Shown here one piece after another: positions 18,392 through 30,388 of a stretch of 64,000 bases of DNA (its first letter is position 1; each line of letters begins with the position of its first letter). A model generated the notes under the pieces. It was not told the origin of the DNA. It made no database searches and worked only from the letters and a program-made list of their open reading frames with translations. The position numbers and the translations under genes are program-made. The stretch comes from an uncultured Verrucomicrobiae bacterium (lineage in GTDB: Bacteria > Verrucomicrobiota > Verrucomicrobiia > Limisphaerales > Palsa-1400): assembly GCA_963702845.1 (NCBI GenBank), contig OY969763.1:608001-672000 (forward strand), read 5' to 3'.

Positions 18392-19747
18392 ATGCCCGAT
18401 TTCGATTCCATCATTCGTAACGGCACCATCGTCACTGCCGACGCCATCCGCCGCGCCGACATCGGTATCACCGAGGGCAAAATCGCCGCCATCGGTGCAA
18501 ATCTCTCCGGCTCCGCCAGTGAAGAAATTGACGCCGCCAATCTGCACATTTTCCCCGGCGCGATTGATGCCCACGTCCATTTTAACGAACCTGGCCGCAC
18601 CGAATGGGAAGGCATCGAAACCGGATCGCGCGCACTCGCTGCCGGTGGCGGCACCATGTTCTTTGACATGCCGCTCAACGCCCATCCACCGACGTGCGAT
18701 AAAGAAAGTTTCAAACTGAAGAACGCCGCCGCTGAAGCCAAGTCCGTCACCGACTTTGCACTGTGGGGCGGCCTCGTACCCGGCAATCTCGACAAACTTG
18801 AAGAACTCGCGAAGTGCGGCGTCATCGGTTTCAAAGCCTTCATGAGCAACAGCGGCATCGACGACTTCTCCAGCGTCGATGACCAAGTTCTTCGCGCCGG
18901 AATGAAAATCGCCGCGCAATTAAAACTCCCCGTCGCCGTCCACGCCGAGAGCGACTCCATGACCGCGCAGCTTGCACAAAAAGCGATCGCCGAAAACCGC
19001 ACCAGCGTACGCGACTATTTAGATTCGCGCCCAATCGAAGCCGAGCTCGATGCCATTCGTCGCGCCATCGACATCTCCGGCGAAACAGGTTGCAAGTTGC
19101 ACGTCGTCCACGTTAGTTCCGCCACCGGCGTTCAGCTCATCACCGCCGCGCGCGCGCGGGGAGTTGATGTCACCTGCGAAACCTGTCCGCATTATTTAGT
19201 GCTCACTGACCAGGACGTGGAACAACTCGGCGCCGTGGCGAAGTGCGCTCCGCCGCTCCGTTCCAAAGCAGAGCAGGGAAAACTTTGGTCCGAAGTCTTG
19301 ACTGGCAACGTTCACACGATCGGCTCCGATCACTCACCCGCACCGCCCGACATGAAAACGTCCGAAAACTTTTTCAAAGTCTGGGGCGGCATCTCCGGCG
19401 TCCAACATATGTTGCCGCTTTTAATTGACTCCGTAGCAGACGACGTGAGGAGGCTCACTATAATTTCCGCGGCGACCAGCTCCAACATCGCTAAGCGTTT
19501 CAAACTACCCACAACCAAGAGCGGTATCGCGATCGGCTCCGACGCCGACCTCGCGTTGGTCGATACGAACGACACCACGGCGATTGCAAAAAACGACCTC
19601 CTTTACCGACACAAACAGTCGCCCTATGTAGGCCGCCGCCTAAAAGCGAAAGTGGAACGCACCATCCTCCGAGGCCAAACCATTTTCGCGAACGGCAAAA
19701 TCATCGCCAAACCCGCCGGTCGTCTGATAAAACCCACTGAAAACTGA
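18392..19747 (+). CDS. allB: Allantoinase
   Basis: PGAIDAHVHFNEPGRTEWEG, DMPLN, GFKAF, VHAE, CETCPHYL, GSDHSP, WGGISG; start moved to MPDFDSIIRNG. Confidence 0.93.
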   Translation: MPDFDSIIRNGTIVTADAIRRADIGITEGKIAAIGANLSGSASEEIDAANLHIFPGAIDAHVHFNEPGRTEWEGIETGSRALAAGGGTMFFDMPLNAHPPTCDKESFKLKNAAAEAKSVTDFALWGGLVPGNLDKLEELAKCGVIGFKAFMSNSGIDDFSSVDDQVLRAGMKIAAQLKLPVAVHAESDSMTAQLAQKAIAENRTSVRDYLDSRPIEAELDAIRRAIDISGETGCKLHVVHVSSATGVQLITAARARGVDVTCETCPHYLVLTDQDVEQLGAVAKCAPPLRSKAEQGKLWSEVLTGNVHTIGSDHSPAPPDMKTSENFFKVWGGISGVQHMLPLLIDSVADDVRRLTIISAATSSNIAKRFKLPTTKSGIAIGSDADLALVDTNDTTAIAKNDLLYRHKQSPYVGRRLKAKVERTILRGQTIFANGKIIAKPAGRLIKPTEN

Positions 19748-19761
19748 ACACTGAAAAATTA

Positions 19762-20508
19762 ATGACTCCTCTCTTCGGCCAAACCCGCGACGTCGTAAAA
19801 GATCGCTACGCCCTGCGCACGCCCAGCGGCTTCGTCCCAAGCGTCCTTCCCGGCTGGCGCAACGTCGTCCCCATCGTCCAGATTTCCCCCGGCATGGGCG
19901 CTGACTTCGCCCAGATCCAAATTACTTTCGACAAAAACGGCGAAGGCCGCGGCAACACCGCCGCGAACCAATTCCTCGTTTACGTCCTCGAAGGAAAATG
20001 CGTTGCGAATCTGGCCGGCAAAAAGAACAACCTCCGGGCCGGTAGCTACGCTTACGTCCCAAGCCAAACCGATTTCCATTTCACGCAGGCCAATGCTGGA
20101 ACCAAGCTCCTGATTTTCGAAAAGAAATTCGTCCCGATTGCCGGCTACGACAAACCAGCTGTCCTCGTCGGCCACGAGAGCGACATCCAGGGCCAGCCGT
20201 TCCTCGGCAACAAAGACGCGCGCCTGCAAGTGCTCTTGCCCGATCACCCGAGCTTCGACATGGCCGTAAATATCTTCACCTACCAACCGGGCGCAACCCT
20301 TCCGTTCGTCGAAGTTCATATCATGGAACACGGCCTGTTAATGTTGAAAGGGCAGGGCGTCTACCGTCTCGATGCCGATTGGTATCCCGTCTGCGCAGGC
20401 GACGTCATCTGGATGAAATCCTATTGCCCGCAATGGTTCGTCGCCATGGGAACGACTCCCGCGAGCTACATCTATTACAAAGACGTGAACCGAGCCGCGG
20501 TCCCATGA
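19762..20508 (+). CDS. allE: (S)-ureidoglycine aminohydrolase (bicupin)
   Basis: FVEVHIMEHGLLMLKGQGVYRL, GDVIWM...CPQWF, YIYYKDVNR. Confidence 0.9.
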   Translation: MTPLFGQTRDVVKDRYALRTPSGFVPSVLPGWRNVVPIVQISPGMGADFAQIQITFDKNGEGRGNTAANQFLVYVLEGKCVANLAGKKNNLRAGSYAYVPSQTDFHFTQANAGTKLLIFEKKFVPIAGYDKPAVLVGHESDIQGQPFLGNKDARLQVLLPDHPSFDMAVNIFTYQPGATLPFVEVHIMEHGLLMLKGQGVYRLDADWYPVCAGDVIWMKSYCPQWFVAMGTTPASYIYYKDVNRAAVP

Positions 20509-21746
20509 ACATCAACATCGAACGCCTCCAAAAAGAAATCGATGACCTGTCGCTGATCTCCGAAGCGACACCGCCGGTCGTCACGCGAGTCCTGTACTCC
20601 GAGGCGGACATGAAAGGCCGCGCCTTCGTGAAGAATCTCTTCCGCGAAGCCGGCCTCACAATCCGTGAAGACGCCATCGGCAACACCTTCGCCCGTTGGG
20701 AAGGCAAAGACAAAACGGCCGCTCCGATCGGCACTGGTTCACACATCGACGCTATTCCGAACGCCGGCAAATACGACGGCGTGGTCGGAGTCCTCGGCGC
20801 ACTCGAAGCTGTCCGCGCGCTCAAGAAGAGCGGTTTCGAACCACAGCGCTCGATTGATGTCATCATCTTCACGGCCGAAGAACCGACGCGTTTCGGCATC
20901 GGCTGTCTTGGCAGCCGTCTGCTGGCCGGAACTTTGCCTGCTGAAAAAGTGGCAAACCTCAAAGACCGCGAAGGCGAAACACTCGATTCACTCCGCCACC
21001 GCGCCGGTTTTCCGACGAGCAATCCGTTGGAGGTTCGTTTACCGCAAAGTGCCTACTCAGCGTTCATCGAACTCCATATCGAGCAAGGCCCCATTCTGGA
21101 ACAGCGCGGATTAGACATTGGCATCGTTGAGAAAATTGCCGCCCCAAGCTCGTTAAGAATGAAGCTGACCGGTGTTGGTGGCCATGCTGGTGCGGTGCTC
21201 ATGCCGGAGCGCCATGATGCCGGTCTCGCCGCAGCCGAGATATCTTTAGCAGTTGAGAAGGCGGCTAGGACCAGCGGGAGCCCTGACACAGTCGGCACCA
21301 CCGGCGTGTTCCGAATCGAACCCGGCGCGGTTAACAGCGTCCCGTGCTTTGCTTACCTGGAAATCGATGTGCGCGACACCAACGTAAAAACCCGCGACGC
21401 CGCTCTTGTCCAAATCGAGTCTGCCGCCAAAGAAATCTGCCAGCGTCGCGGAGTAACCCAGGAGATCGAAAGGGTCAACGTGGACGCCCCGGCGAATTGC
21501 GATCCCAAGTTGGTCGCCGTGATTGAAGACATCTGCAAAAAGCAGAATGTCTCATCCCTGCGCATGATCAGCCGCGCCTATCACGACTCGCTCTTCATGG
21601 CTCAAGTGGCGCCTACCACCATGATTTTCATCCCAAGCCTTAAAGGCTACAGCCACCGGCCCGACGAATACTCCAGCCCGGAACAAATCCGCCGGGGAGT
21701 TGACGTCCTTGCTATGACGCTGCAAATTTTAGCTGGTAATGGGTAG
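20505..21746 (+). CDS. M20 amidohydrolase, plant-type ureidoglycolate amidohydrolase-like
   Basis: VTRVLY, GSHIDAIP, EEPTRFG.GCLGSRLLAG, GGHAGAVLMP, MISRAYHDSLFMA, GYSHRPDEYSSPE; ATGA overlap with allE. Confidence 0.8.
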   Translation: MNINIERLQKEIDDLSLISEATPPVVTRVLYSEADMKGRAFVKNLFREAGLTIREDAIGNTFARWEGKDKTAAPIGTGSHIDAIPNAGKYDGVVGVLGALEAVRALKKSGFEPQRSIDVIIFTAEEPTRFGIGCLGSRLLAGTLPAEKVANLKDREGETLDSLRHRAGFPTSNPLEVRLPQSAYSAFIELHIEQGPILEQRGLDIGIVEKIAAPSSLRMKLTGVGGHAGAVLMPERHDAGLAAAEISLAVEKAARTSGSPDTVGTTGVFRIEPGAVNSVPCFAYLEIDVRDTNVKTRDAALVQIESAAKEICQRRGVTQEIERVNVDAPANCDPKLVAVIEDICKKQNVSSLRMISRAYHDSLFMAQVAPTTMIFIPSLKGYSHRPDEYSSPEQIRRGVDVLAMTLQILAGNG

Positions 21747-21874
21747 TTCGGTTTAGGGGCCCTGTCTTTTTTGTAGGTAAATCCCTGATGGGACCCCTAC
21801 AATAATGCCCGCCCTAATCTCGAGAAAGCACCCTGATTGTGACCACTACCCCGGTCTGGCTTAATGTCGACCGT

Positions 21875-22651
21875 ATGATTTCTGCCGATAACACAGCTCC
21901 GAAGGTGAAAGCGAAACAAACTAAAGAAACCAAGGATGCACAGCCCCAGGCCGCAACAGCGGCGCCGGCCAAGACACCCATGGCTACTGCGAAAAAGAAC
22001 CCCACGCGCGTTCTGATCGTTGATGATCATCCTCTCCTTCGCCGCGGCGTAGGGCAGTTGATCAACAACGAAAAGGATATGACCGTTTGCGGCGAGGCCG
22101 AAGACGCCCACAAAGCCCTCACCGCAATTCAAGACTCTAAACCCGACATTGCCGTCATCGACATCTCGCTCGGTGGCACCAGCGGGATTGAACTTTTGAA
22201 AAACATCAAAGTGCGTTGGCCCAAACTGTTGGTGCTCGTGCTCTCGATGCATGATGAAGCCGTCTATGCCCAGCGGGCACTTCGCGCCGGTGCCGCCGGT
22301 TACATCATGAAACAGGAAGCGACCGAGCGCGTGCTCGTCGCCATCCGTAAAATTCTGAACGGCGAAGTTTACCTCAGCGAACGCCTCGGCAACCGTATGT
22401 TGAACACATTGGTTGGCGGACGCGCCTCGTTGAGCGGTTCTCCGATCGAAGAATTGAGCGACCGCGAGCTCGAAGTCTTCGGTTTGATCGGCCAGGGGCA
22501 CGGCACCCGTCCGATCGCTGAGAAATTACATCTCAGTGTCAAAACAATTGAGTCCCATCGTGCCCATATAAAGGAAAAGCTCGGTTTGAAAAACGCCACT
22601 GAACTCGTGCATCACGCGATCCAGTGGGTCCAGAGCGAAAGCCTGGGTTAG
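21875..22651 (+). CDS. NarL/LuxR-family response regulator (no adjacent kinase)
   Basis: VDDHPLLRRG, DISL, LSMHDE, GYIMK; LSDRELEVF...IAEKLHLSVKTIESHR; start uncertain (21875 or 21980). Confidence 0.92.
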   Translation: MISADNTAPKVKAKQTKETKDAQPQAATAAPAKTPMATAKKNPTRVLIVDDHPLLRRGVGQLINNEKDMTVCGEAEDAHKALTAIQDSKPDIAVIDISLGGTSGIELLKNIKVRWPKLLVLVLSMHDEAVYAQRALRAGAAGYIMKQEATERVLVAIRKILNGEVYLSERLGNRMLNTLVGGRASLSGSPIEELSDRELEVFGLIGQGHGTRPIAEKLHLSVKTIESHRAHIKEKLGLKNATELVHHAIQWVQSESLG

Positions 22652-22682
22652 ACAGTTGCCATAAGCAAACAGTGTTCTGCTT

Positions 22683-22716
22683 GACGTCCGTCACGGAAGT
22701 GGCGGGCGTTTTTTTT
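22683..22716 (+). terminator. Intrinsic terminator
   Basis: GACGTCCGTCAC-GGAA-GTGGCGGGCGTT (G:U pairs) plus T-run. Confidence 0.8.
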
Positions 22717-22842
22717 GTCGAAATGCGCCGCTCACTAGCTCGGTCCAAGCCAGACAACACCTAATCTGGGTGCCAACTTCCCCGATACGACAAAAGGCAT
22801 ACCTCCGCATTGTCGCATATTGCATCGCGTTTAGTTTTTCGC

Positions 22843-23973
22843 ATGAAGAACATTCTCAAACTCTCATTACTGTCGCTCTGTGCATGCGGAGCTGTTATCT
22901 CCACAACGCAATTGGCGCGAGCCAATGACGCTGAATCGGCCAGTAATGCCGAGTCAGACAAACAACTCGTCATAACCGAACCCGCTGGAGCGAGTACTTC
23001 TGTTTCACAGCAAACGTCGACGACGTATCAAACCGGTGGCGCCACATATCAAAGCGGCAGTACAATGCAGGGCAGCACGTATCCGAGCGGCGGATATAGT
23101 CAAGTTTCTGGCGCAGCAGGCGCAGCGCCTGGCCTGGTGACGGGCCGCGAACAGGACGCTTATGCGAACTGCATCTTGCACCAGTATCAACTTGGTAAAG
23201 GTGAGGCGCGCGTGACAGATGAACACTACTGGGACAACGTCCCGTCGGATCGCCTCTATGCGCAGTATCCGGGTGCCGGAGGGACGTATCAAAACTTCGC
23301 ATATACGGGCTATAGCTCACCGAGTTCGTCCGCGACGTGGAGCAGTTCAAGCACAAGCTGGAGCGGTCAACAGGGTCAACAGAGTGGGCTTTGGTACGGT
23401 CCGGACGGCAAGGTTTACAATTCAGCTACTAGTATGACTCCTATGAGCCAATCAAGCTCTGGATCGGTCAGTGAACCTGCAGGCGGGCAATCTTCCGCCA
23501 CACAATCTTCTGGCGCACAATCGTCGGCCACACAATATGGCACGTCTGGTGCGCAGTCTTCGACTGAATCGAAGAGCAGCCAATCCCAACCGGGATCGGC
23601 TACGCAGGAAGCCGCCGGCGCAGGAACCAGCACAACCGGCAGCAGCACTGATACGAGTCCCAGCTCAACCAGCACGAGCCCTGACCAATCATCCACTTCC
23701 ACGCAGAGCAGCAGCGCTGCCGGTGAAGGCATGAGCGAGAAGGTTCGTTCCTCACTTAAATCCGACACCACTCTGAGCCCGATCTCGAGCAATGTGACGG
23801 TGCAGGACCAGAACGGTAAAGTCGCGCTGAACGGCACAGTGAAGAGCGAAGCCGAGAAACAACAAATCGTTTCCAAGGCCGAAGAAATGGCCGGCAGCGG
23901 CAACGTCATCGACAACCTGCAAATTAAGTCGGACAGCGGCAATGGTTCGAGTAGTCCCGACAAGAGCAATTAG
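22843..23973 (+). CDS. Secreted Ser/Thr/Gln/Gly-rich protein with C-terminal BON domain
   Basis: Signal peptide; low-complexity middle; BON motif VTVQDQNGKVALNGTVKSEAEK...AG..NVIDNLQI. Confidence 0.8.
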   Translation: MKNILKLSLLSLCACGAVISTTQLARANDAESASNAESDKQLVITEPAGASTSVSQQTSTTYQTGGATYQSGSTMQGSTYPSGGYSQVSGAAGAAPGLVTGREQDAYANCILHQYQLGKGEARVTDEHYWDNVPSDRLYAQYPGAGGTYQNFAYTGYSSPSSSATWSSSSTSWSGQQGQQSGLWYGPDGKVYNSATSMTPMSQSSSGSVSEPAGGQSSATQSSGAQSSATQYGTSGAQSSTESKSSQSQPGSATQEAAGAGTSTTGSSTDTSPSSTSTSPDQSSTSTQSSSAAGEGMSEKVRSSLKSDTTLSPISSNVTVQDQNGKVALNGTVKSEAEKQQIVSKAEEMAGSGNVIDNLQIKSDSGNGSSSPDKSN

Positions 23974-24008
23974 TAGGTGTTTTTCACACAAGAGAGTAAT
24001 TACCAACG

Positions 24009-24045
24009 AATCAGCCCTGGTCGAAAGGCCGGGGCTGATTTTTTT
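24009..24045 (+). terminator. Intrinsic terminator
   Basis: AATCAGCCCTGGTC-GAAA-GGCCGGGGCTGATT plus TTTTT. Confidence 0.85.
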
Positions 24046-24112
24046 GCCGTGTGACAATTGGACACAATGGCGATGCGGTGAGAAATTATAGTAGGTCGCG
24101 CTCAGGAGGAGT

Positions 24113-24628
24113 ATGAGCAAAACGGTTTTCTGCATTGCAACGTCTGAATATCAGGCTGAAACGATCATGGATGAACTTCATGTCGCGGGCCTTAGCGGCG
24201 ACCAAATTTCTCTGCTGTTTGCCGATAAGACGCGGGCGATCGTTCGGGGAGTCACTGGCAATGTCACGACCGATAGTGCTGTCGGTTGGCTGCCGCAGGT
24301 CGAGTCGGTCGTAATTTCCGGCGCCGGCGCTTTCATCGGTAACGGGCTTTTAGCAACAGCGATCAGCGAGGCAGCTTCCGGTAGTCACAAGGGCGCCATC
24401 GCACGTGGGCTTACTGGCCTCGGCTTAGCGAGCGAACAAGCCGATGCGTTAGACGAAAGGCTTCGTAACGGTGATGTGTTGCTCGCAGTAAACGCCGATG
24501 AAGATATTTCAAAAACTGTCCACGACATTTTTCACCAGGCCGGTGCACAGGAAATCATCGCCACCGGTGAACGGACCCGAGTCGAAGCCGCACCACGTCT
24601 CCGTGAAGAGAAGTGGGAAAAGTGGTAG
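24113..24628 (+). CDS. General-stress-protein-like hypothetical protein
   Basis: SD AGGAGG; VFCIA...QAE.I.DEL..AG.S..ISLL, ISGAGAFIGNG, L.GLG...L..G.VLLAV pattern. Confidence 0.6.
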   Translation: MSKTVFCIATSEYQAETIMDELHVAGLSGDQISLLFADKTRAIVRGVTGNVTTDSAVGWLPQVESVVISGAGAFIGNGLLATAISEAASGSHKGAIARGLTGLGLASEQADALDERLRNGDVLLAVNADEDISKTVHDIFHQAGAQEIIATGERTRVEAAPRLREEKWEKW

Positions 24629-24643
24629 CAGGAAACTTCTTCT

Positions 24644-24753
24644 GGAGTGCGGCCATTTATGCCGTTTCGACCCGAACGTCGGCGGGACTCAAAGTGCGAC
24701 ACTCCGACGCTCATTGCACAGTTTAAGTTGAAGCGGCGTGAACGCCGCGCTCC
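24644..24753. repeat. Inverted pair of REP-like elements
   Basis: GGAGTGCGGC (24644) and GCCGCGCTCC (24744), 9/10 inverted match; inner GCGGCG-TGAA-CGCCGC hairpin. Confidence 0.5.
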
Positions 24754-24869
24754 GCTGTCAAACACGCTTCGATCTTGACTTCGTTTCATGCGAAAACAAC
24801 ACTTTCCTACTCCAATGGCGAATGGATTGGATCCTTATCGCAAGGGCACTCCACAAACCGCAAAGCGAT

Positions 24870-27575
24870 ATGAAAATTAAAGTTCTGACCGGTCGTTTGG
24901 TGCTGAATATTCTAACTTTGATGATGAGCGTGCCGATAATAGTTGCGGCAAGCGGATGTCCAACGATCATGGTTAGCCCGGCCACTCTTCCCATTGTGAA
25001 CCTGGGTGAAGTCGTTCCTCCCTGGAGACCAACCGGATCGATGACCACCCCCCGGATTTACCATACCGCGACAATGCTGGCAGATGGCAAAGTGTTTGTC
25101 ACCGGTGGTTACGCACAGGTTCAGCCCATTCCTGTGGTTGATCGGTACCTTTCCAGCGCGGAAATCTATGATCCGGCGACCCACACATGGACGCCCACCG
25201 CTCCAATGTCGGTTAAACGTGCTCACCACACTGCGACGTTGCTGTTGAACGAAAAGGTGCTTGTCGCGGGAGGTTTCAACTTAGACGCAGATAACGAACA
25301 CGACCAATATCTACCCAGTGCAGAACTGTATGATCCAGCGACGGGGATTTGGACGCCTATTGACCCTTTACCTGAAGGCTGTTCCTACGCCGCGGCAACA
25401 TTGCTGCTCGATGGCAGAGTGATGGTGGCAGGTGGTGAGGTGTTCAATAATGGCTATTTCCCGATTTCCGACATCCAGATTTACGATCCATCTTCAGGCA
25501 AGTGGACACGTTGGAGCTCTTTGACCATTCCTCAACAGGACATTGGTGCCGTCCTGATGCCGAATGGAAAAGTGCTGTTTGCCGGCGGTCGATGGAGCCC
25601 CGCTTTTGCGAACTTATACGATCCTGTGGCCATGGGGCCCATGAAAGTCGCAAGTCCAGGGGCTTTGTTTAAAATTCTGACTTTGTTGCCAAACGGGAAA
25701 GTGCTCGGAACTGGTGGTGGCTCGGAAGTTTATGACCCTGCCGCTGACACGTGGACCGAAACGGGGCCGATCAACGGCGGGGGGGATGGTCAGGCAACTC
25801 TGCTGCCCAGTGGACGGGTTTTGGTTTCCGGTAGTGCGGCGTTCCAGCAAAGGAACATGGCTGAGCTGTACGATCCAGCAACTGATACATGGAAGCCAAC
25901 AGGATCATTAAGCACCGGTCGCAGTTTTCACAAGCAGGTGCTGCTCAAAGACGGAACGGTTCTGGCCTGCGGCGGCAACAGCATGGCTGCGACAGAAATC
26001 TACCAACCGGCAGACATCAGCGCGACGGGCGGAGTCGAACCTTATACTTTCGCAATCACTGCTGGATCTGCGCCAGTCGGTGTGACGCTTCACAGTGATG
26101 GCATATGGTCTGGAGTCCCTTTCTTAATGGGGACCAACACCTTCAAAGTTACTGCGACTGACGCCAATGGTTGCACCGGCAGCACGAGCTACACTGTCGT
26201 CGTGGGTCCAAGCAGAGCGTCGGCGAAACCGGGTGCGATCGGCATTTCGATTGTGGCGCCGGGTGATCAAAAAGTTTTTACCTCACCTGCCGTGACAGTT
26301 TCAGGTGTGGCGCACTCTGTGGATCATGGGGTAATCGGAGACCCTGTGCTGGTTTTATACTCACTCAATGGCGGCGAGCAACAAATCGCCACCACCGCAT
26401 TGGGACAGAACTTCAGGACGTGGAGCGCGCCAGTCACGTTGCAGCCCGGCTGGAACACCTTCTTTGCCCAGTCATTCGATAATTCCGGAAACGGATCGAA
26501 AATCGCGAGTCGAATGTACTTCTACGGCAATCCGAAGAACGCCGCCGGCACATACAACGGTTTGTTTTACGAAACAAATGGAATAGGCGGATCGTTGATC
26601 AAGGAACAAAGCGCTGGCGCGGTGTTCAATCTGGCCGTGCAGTTCAACGGCACATATTCCGGGCTCATGTACCTGGCCGGAAAAAAATATGGGTTACACG
26701 GGAATTTCGATTCGCTCGGTAACAGCAGTATTAACATTGCGCGCGGCCCGCTCGCGAATGTTTCGCTTAATATGCAGTTGGACTGGACCGGCACCAGTAA
26801 GCAAATCACCGGGAACGTGTTGTGCGCCGGCGAAGGATGGTCCGCGCCGTTCCAAGCTGACCTCGCGGTTTATAGCGCAACGCATCCACACGCAGCGGTT
26901 CGTTACACCATGGCGATTCCACCAGCCGCCGATGCACCAGCGAATTCGCCCGGTGGCTACGGCTACGGTTTAATCAGCATCAATTCGGTTGGCAAAGTAA
27001 CATTGTCCGGAGCACTGGCGGATTCCAGTGCGATCACAGAGACGGTGCCGGTTTCGAAGGACGGTCACTGGCCTTTGTACGTGGATTTGTACAACCATCA
27101 CGGATTACTGGAAGGTTGGGTTGATTTTGCGAATGGCGCGCCGACGGGGCAGGTCACGTGGATCAAACCAAGTCTTCCGACCGGCGTGAATCTTACAACT
27201 TATCTCAATGGTTTTGTAAACAACGTTGAGGTGTTCGGCTCATCCTACTCACCGGTGCTGCCTGCAATCACCGCCGCAGGCAACACTCTCGAAATCACCG
27301 ATGGGTCGGGATTGAATTTGCCTCTGACATTCGATGCGCAGGTCACAGCGAATAACCAATTGCAAAAGCTGTCGAACACGCCGGCAAACGCGCTTAAAGG
27401 GTCCGTGACCACTGCAACGGGTTTGTTCACTGTGAAGTTCCAGCCCACCGGCAGCGCTGCATTAAAAAGCGCCGTCGGGGTTGTATTGCAAAGTAGCAAC
27501 GCCGCGTATGGAGCGTTCGTCGGAATCAAGGACAGCACCGGCACGACAACCACCGGCGCGATTTACTTGCACTAA
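24870..27575 (+). CDS. Secreted Kelch-repeat / putative-Ig protein with shared C-terminal beta-rich domain
   Basis: Kelch repeats (R..HTAT.L.DGKV.V.GG...AE.YDP); He_PIG-like ATGGVEPYTF...TATDANGC; Ig-like domain; C-terminal domain from AAGTYNGLFY. Confidence 0.85.
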   Translation: MKIKVLTGRLVLNILTLMMSVPIIVAASGCPTIMVSPATLPIVNLGEVVPPWRPTGSMTTPRIYHTATMLADGKVFVTGGYAQVQPIPVVDRYLSSAEIYDPATHTWTPTAPMSVKRAHHTATLLLNEKVLVAGGFNLDADNEHDQYLPSAELYDPATGIWTPIDPLPEGCSYAAATLLLDGRVMVAGGEVFNNGYFPISDIQIYDPSSGKWTRWSSLTIPQQDIGAVLMPNGKVLFAGGRWSPAFANLYDPVAMGPMKVASPGALFKILTLLPNGKVLGTGGGSEVYDPAADTWTETGPINGGGDGQATLLPSGRVLVSGSAAFQQRNMAELYDPATDTWKPTGSLSTGRSFHKQVLLKDGTVLACGGNSMAATEIYQPADISATGGVEPYTFAITAGSAPVGVTLHSDGIWSGVPFLMGTNTFKVTATDANGCTGSTSYTVVVGPSRASAKPGAIGISIVAPGDQKVFTSPAVTVSGVAHSVDHGVIGDPVLVLYSLNGGEQQIATTALGQNFRTWSAPVTLQPGWNTFFAQSFDNSGNGSKIASRMYFYGNPKNAAGTYNGLFYETNGIGGSLIKEQSAGAVFNLAVQFNGTYSGLMYLAGKKYGLHGNFDSLGNSSINIARGPLANVSLNMQLDWTGTSKQITGNVLCAGEGWSAPFQADLAVYSATHPHAAVRYTMAIPPAADAPANSPGGYGYGLISINSVGKVTLSGALADSSAITETVPVSKDGHWPLYVDLYNHHGLLEGWVDFANGAPTGQVTWIKPSLPTGVNLTTYLNGFVNNVEVFGSSYSPVLPAITAAGNTLEITDGSGLNLPLTFDAQVTANNQLQKLSNTPANALKGSVTTATGLFTVKFQPTGSAALKSAVGVVLQSSNAAYGAFVGIKDSTGTTTTGAIYLH

Positions 27576-27594
27576 CGGCGGTCGCCTTCGGTTG

Positions 27595-30380
<2,786 letters not shown>

Positions 30381-30388
<8 letters not shown>

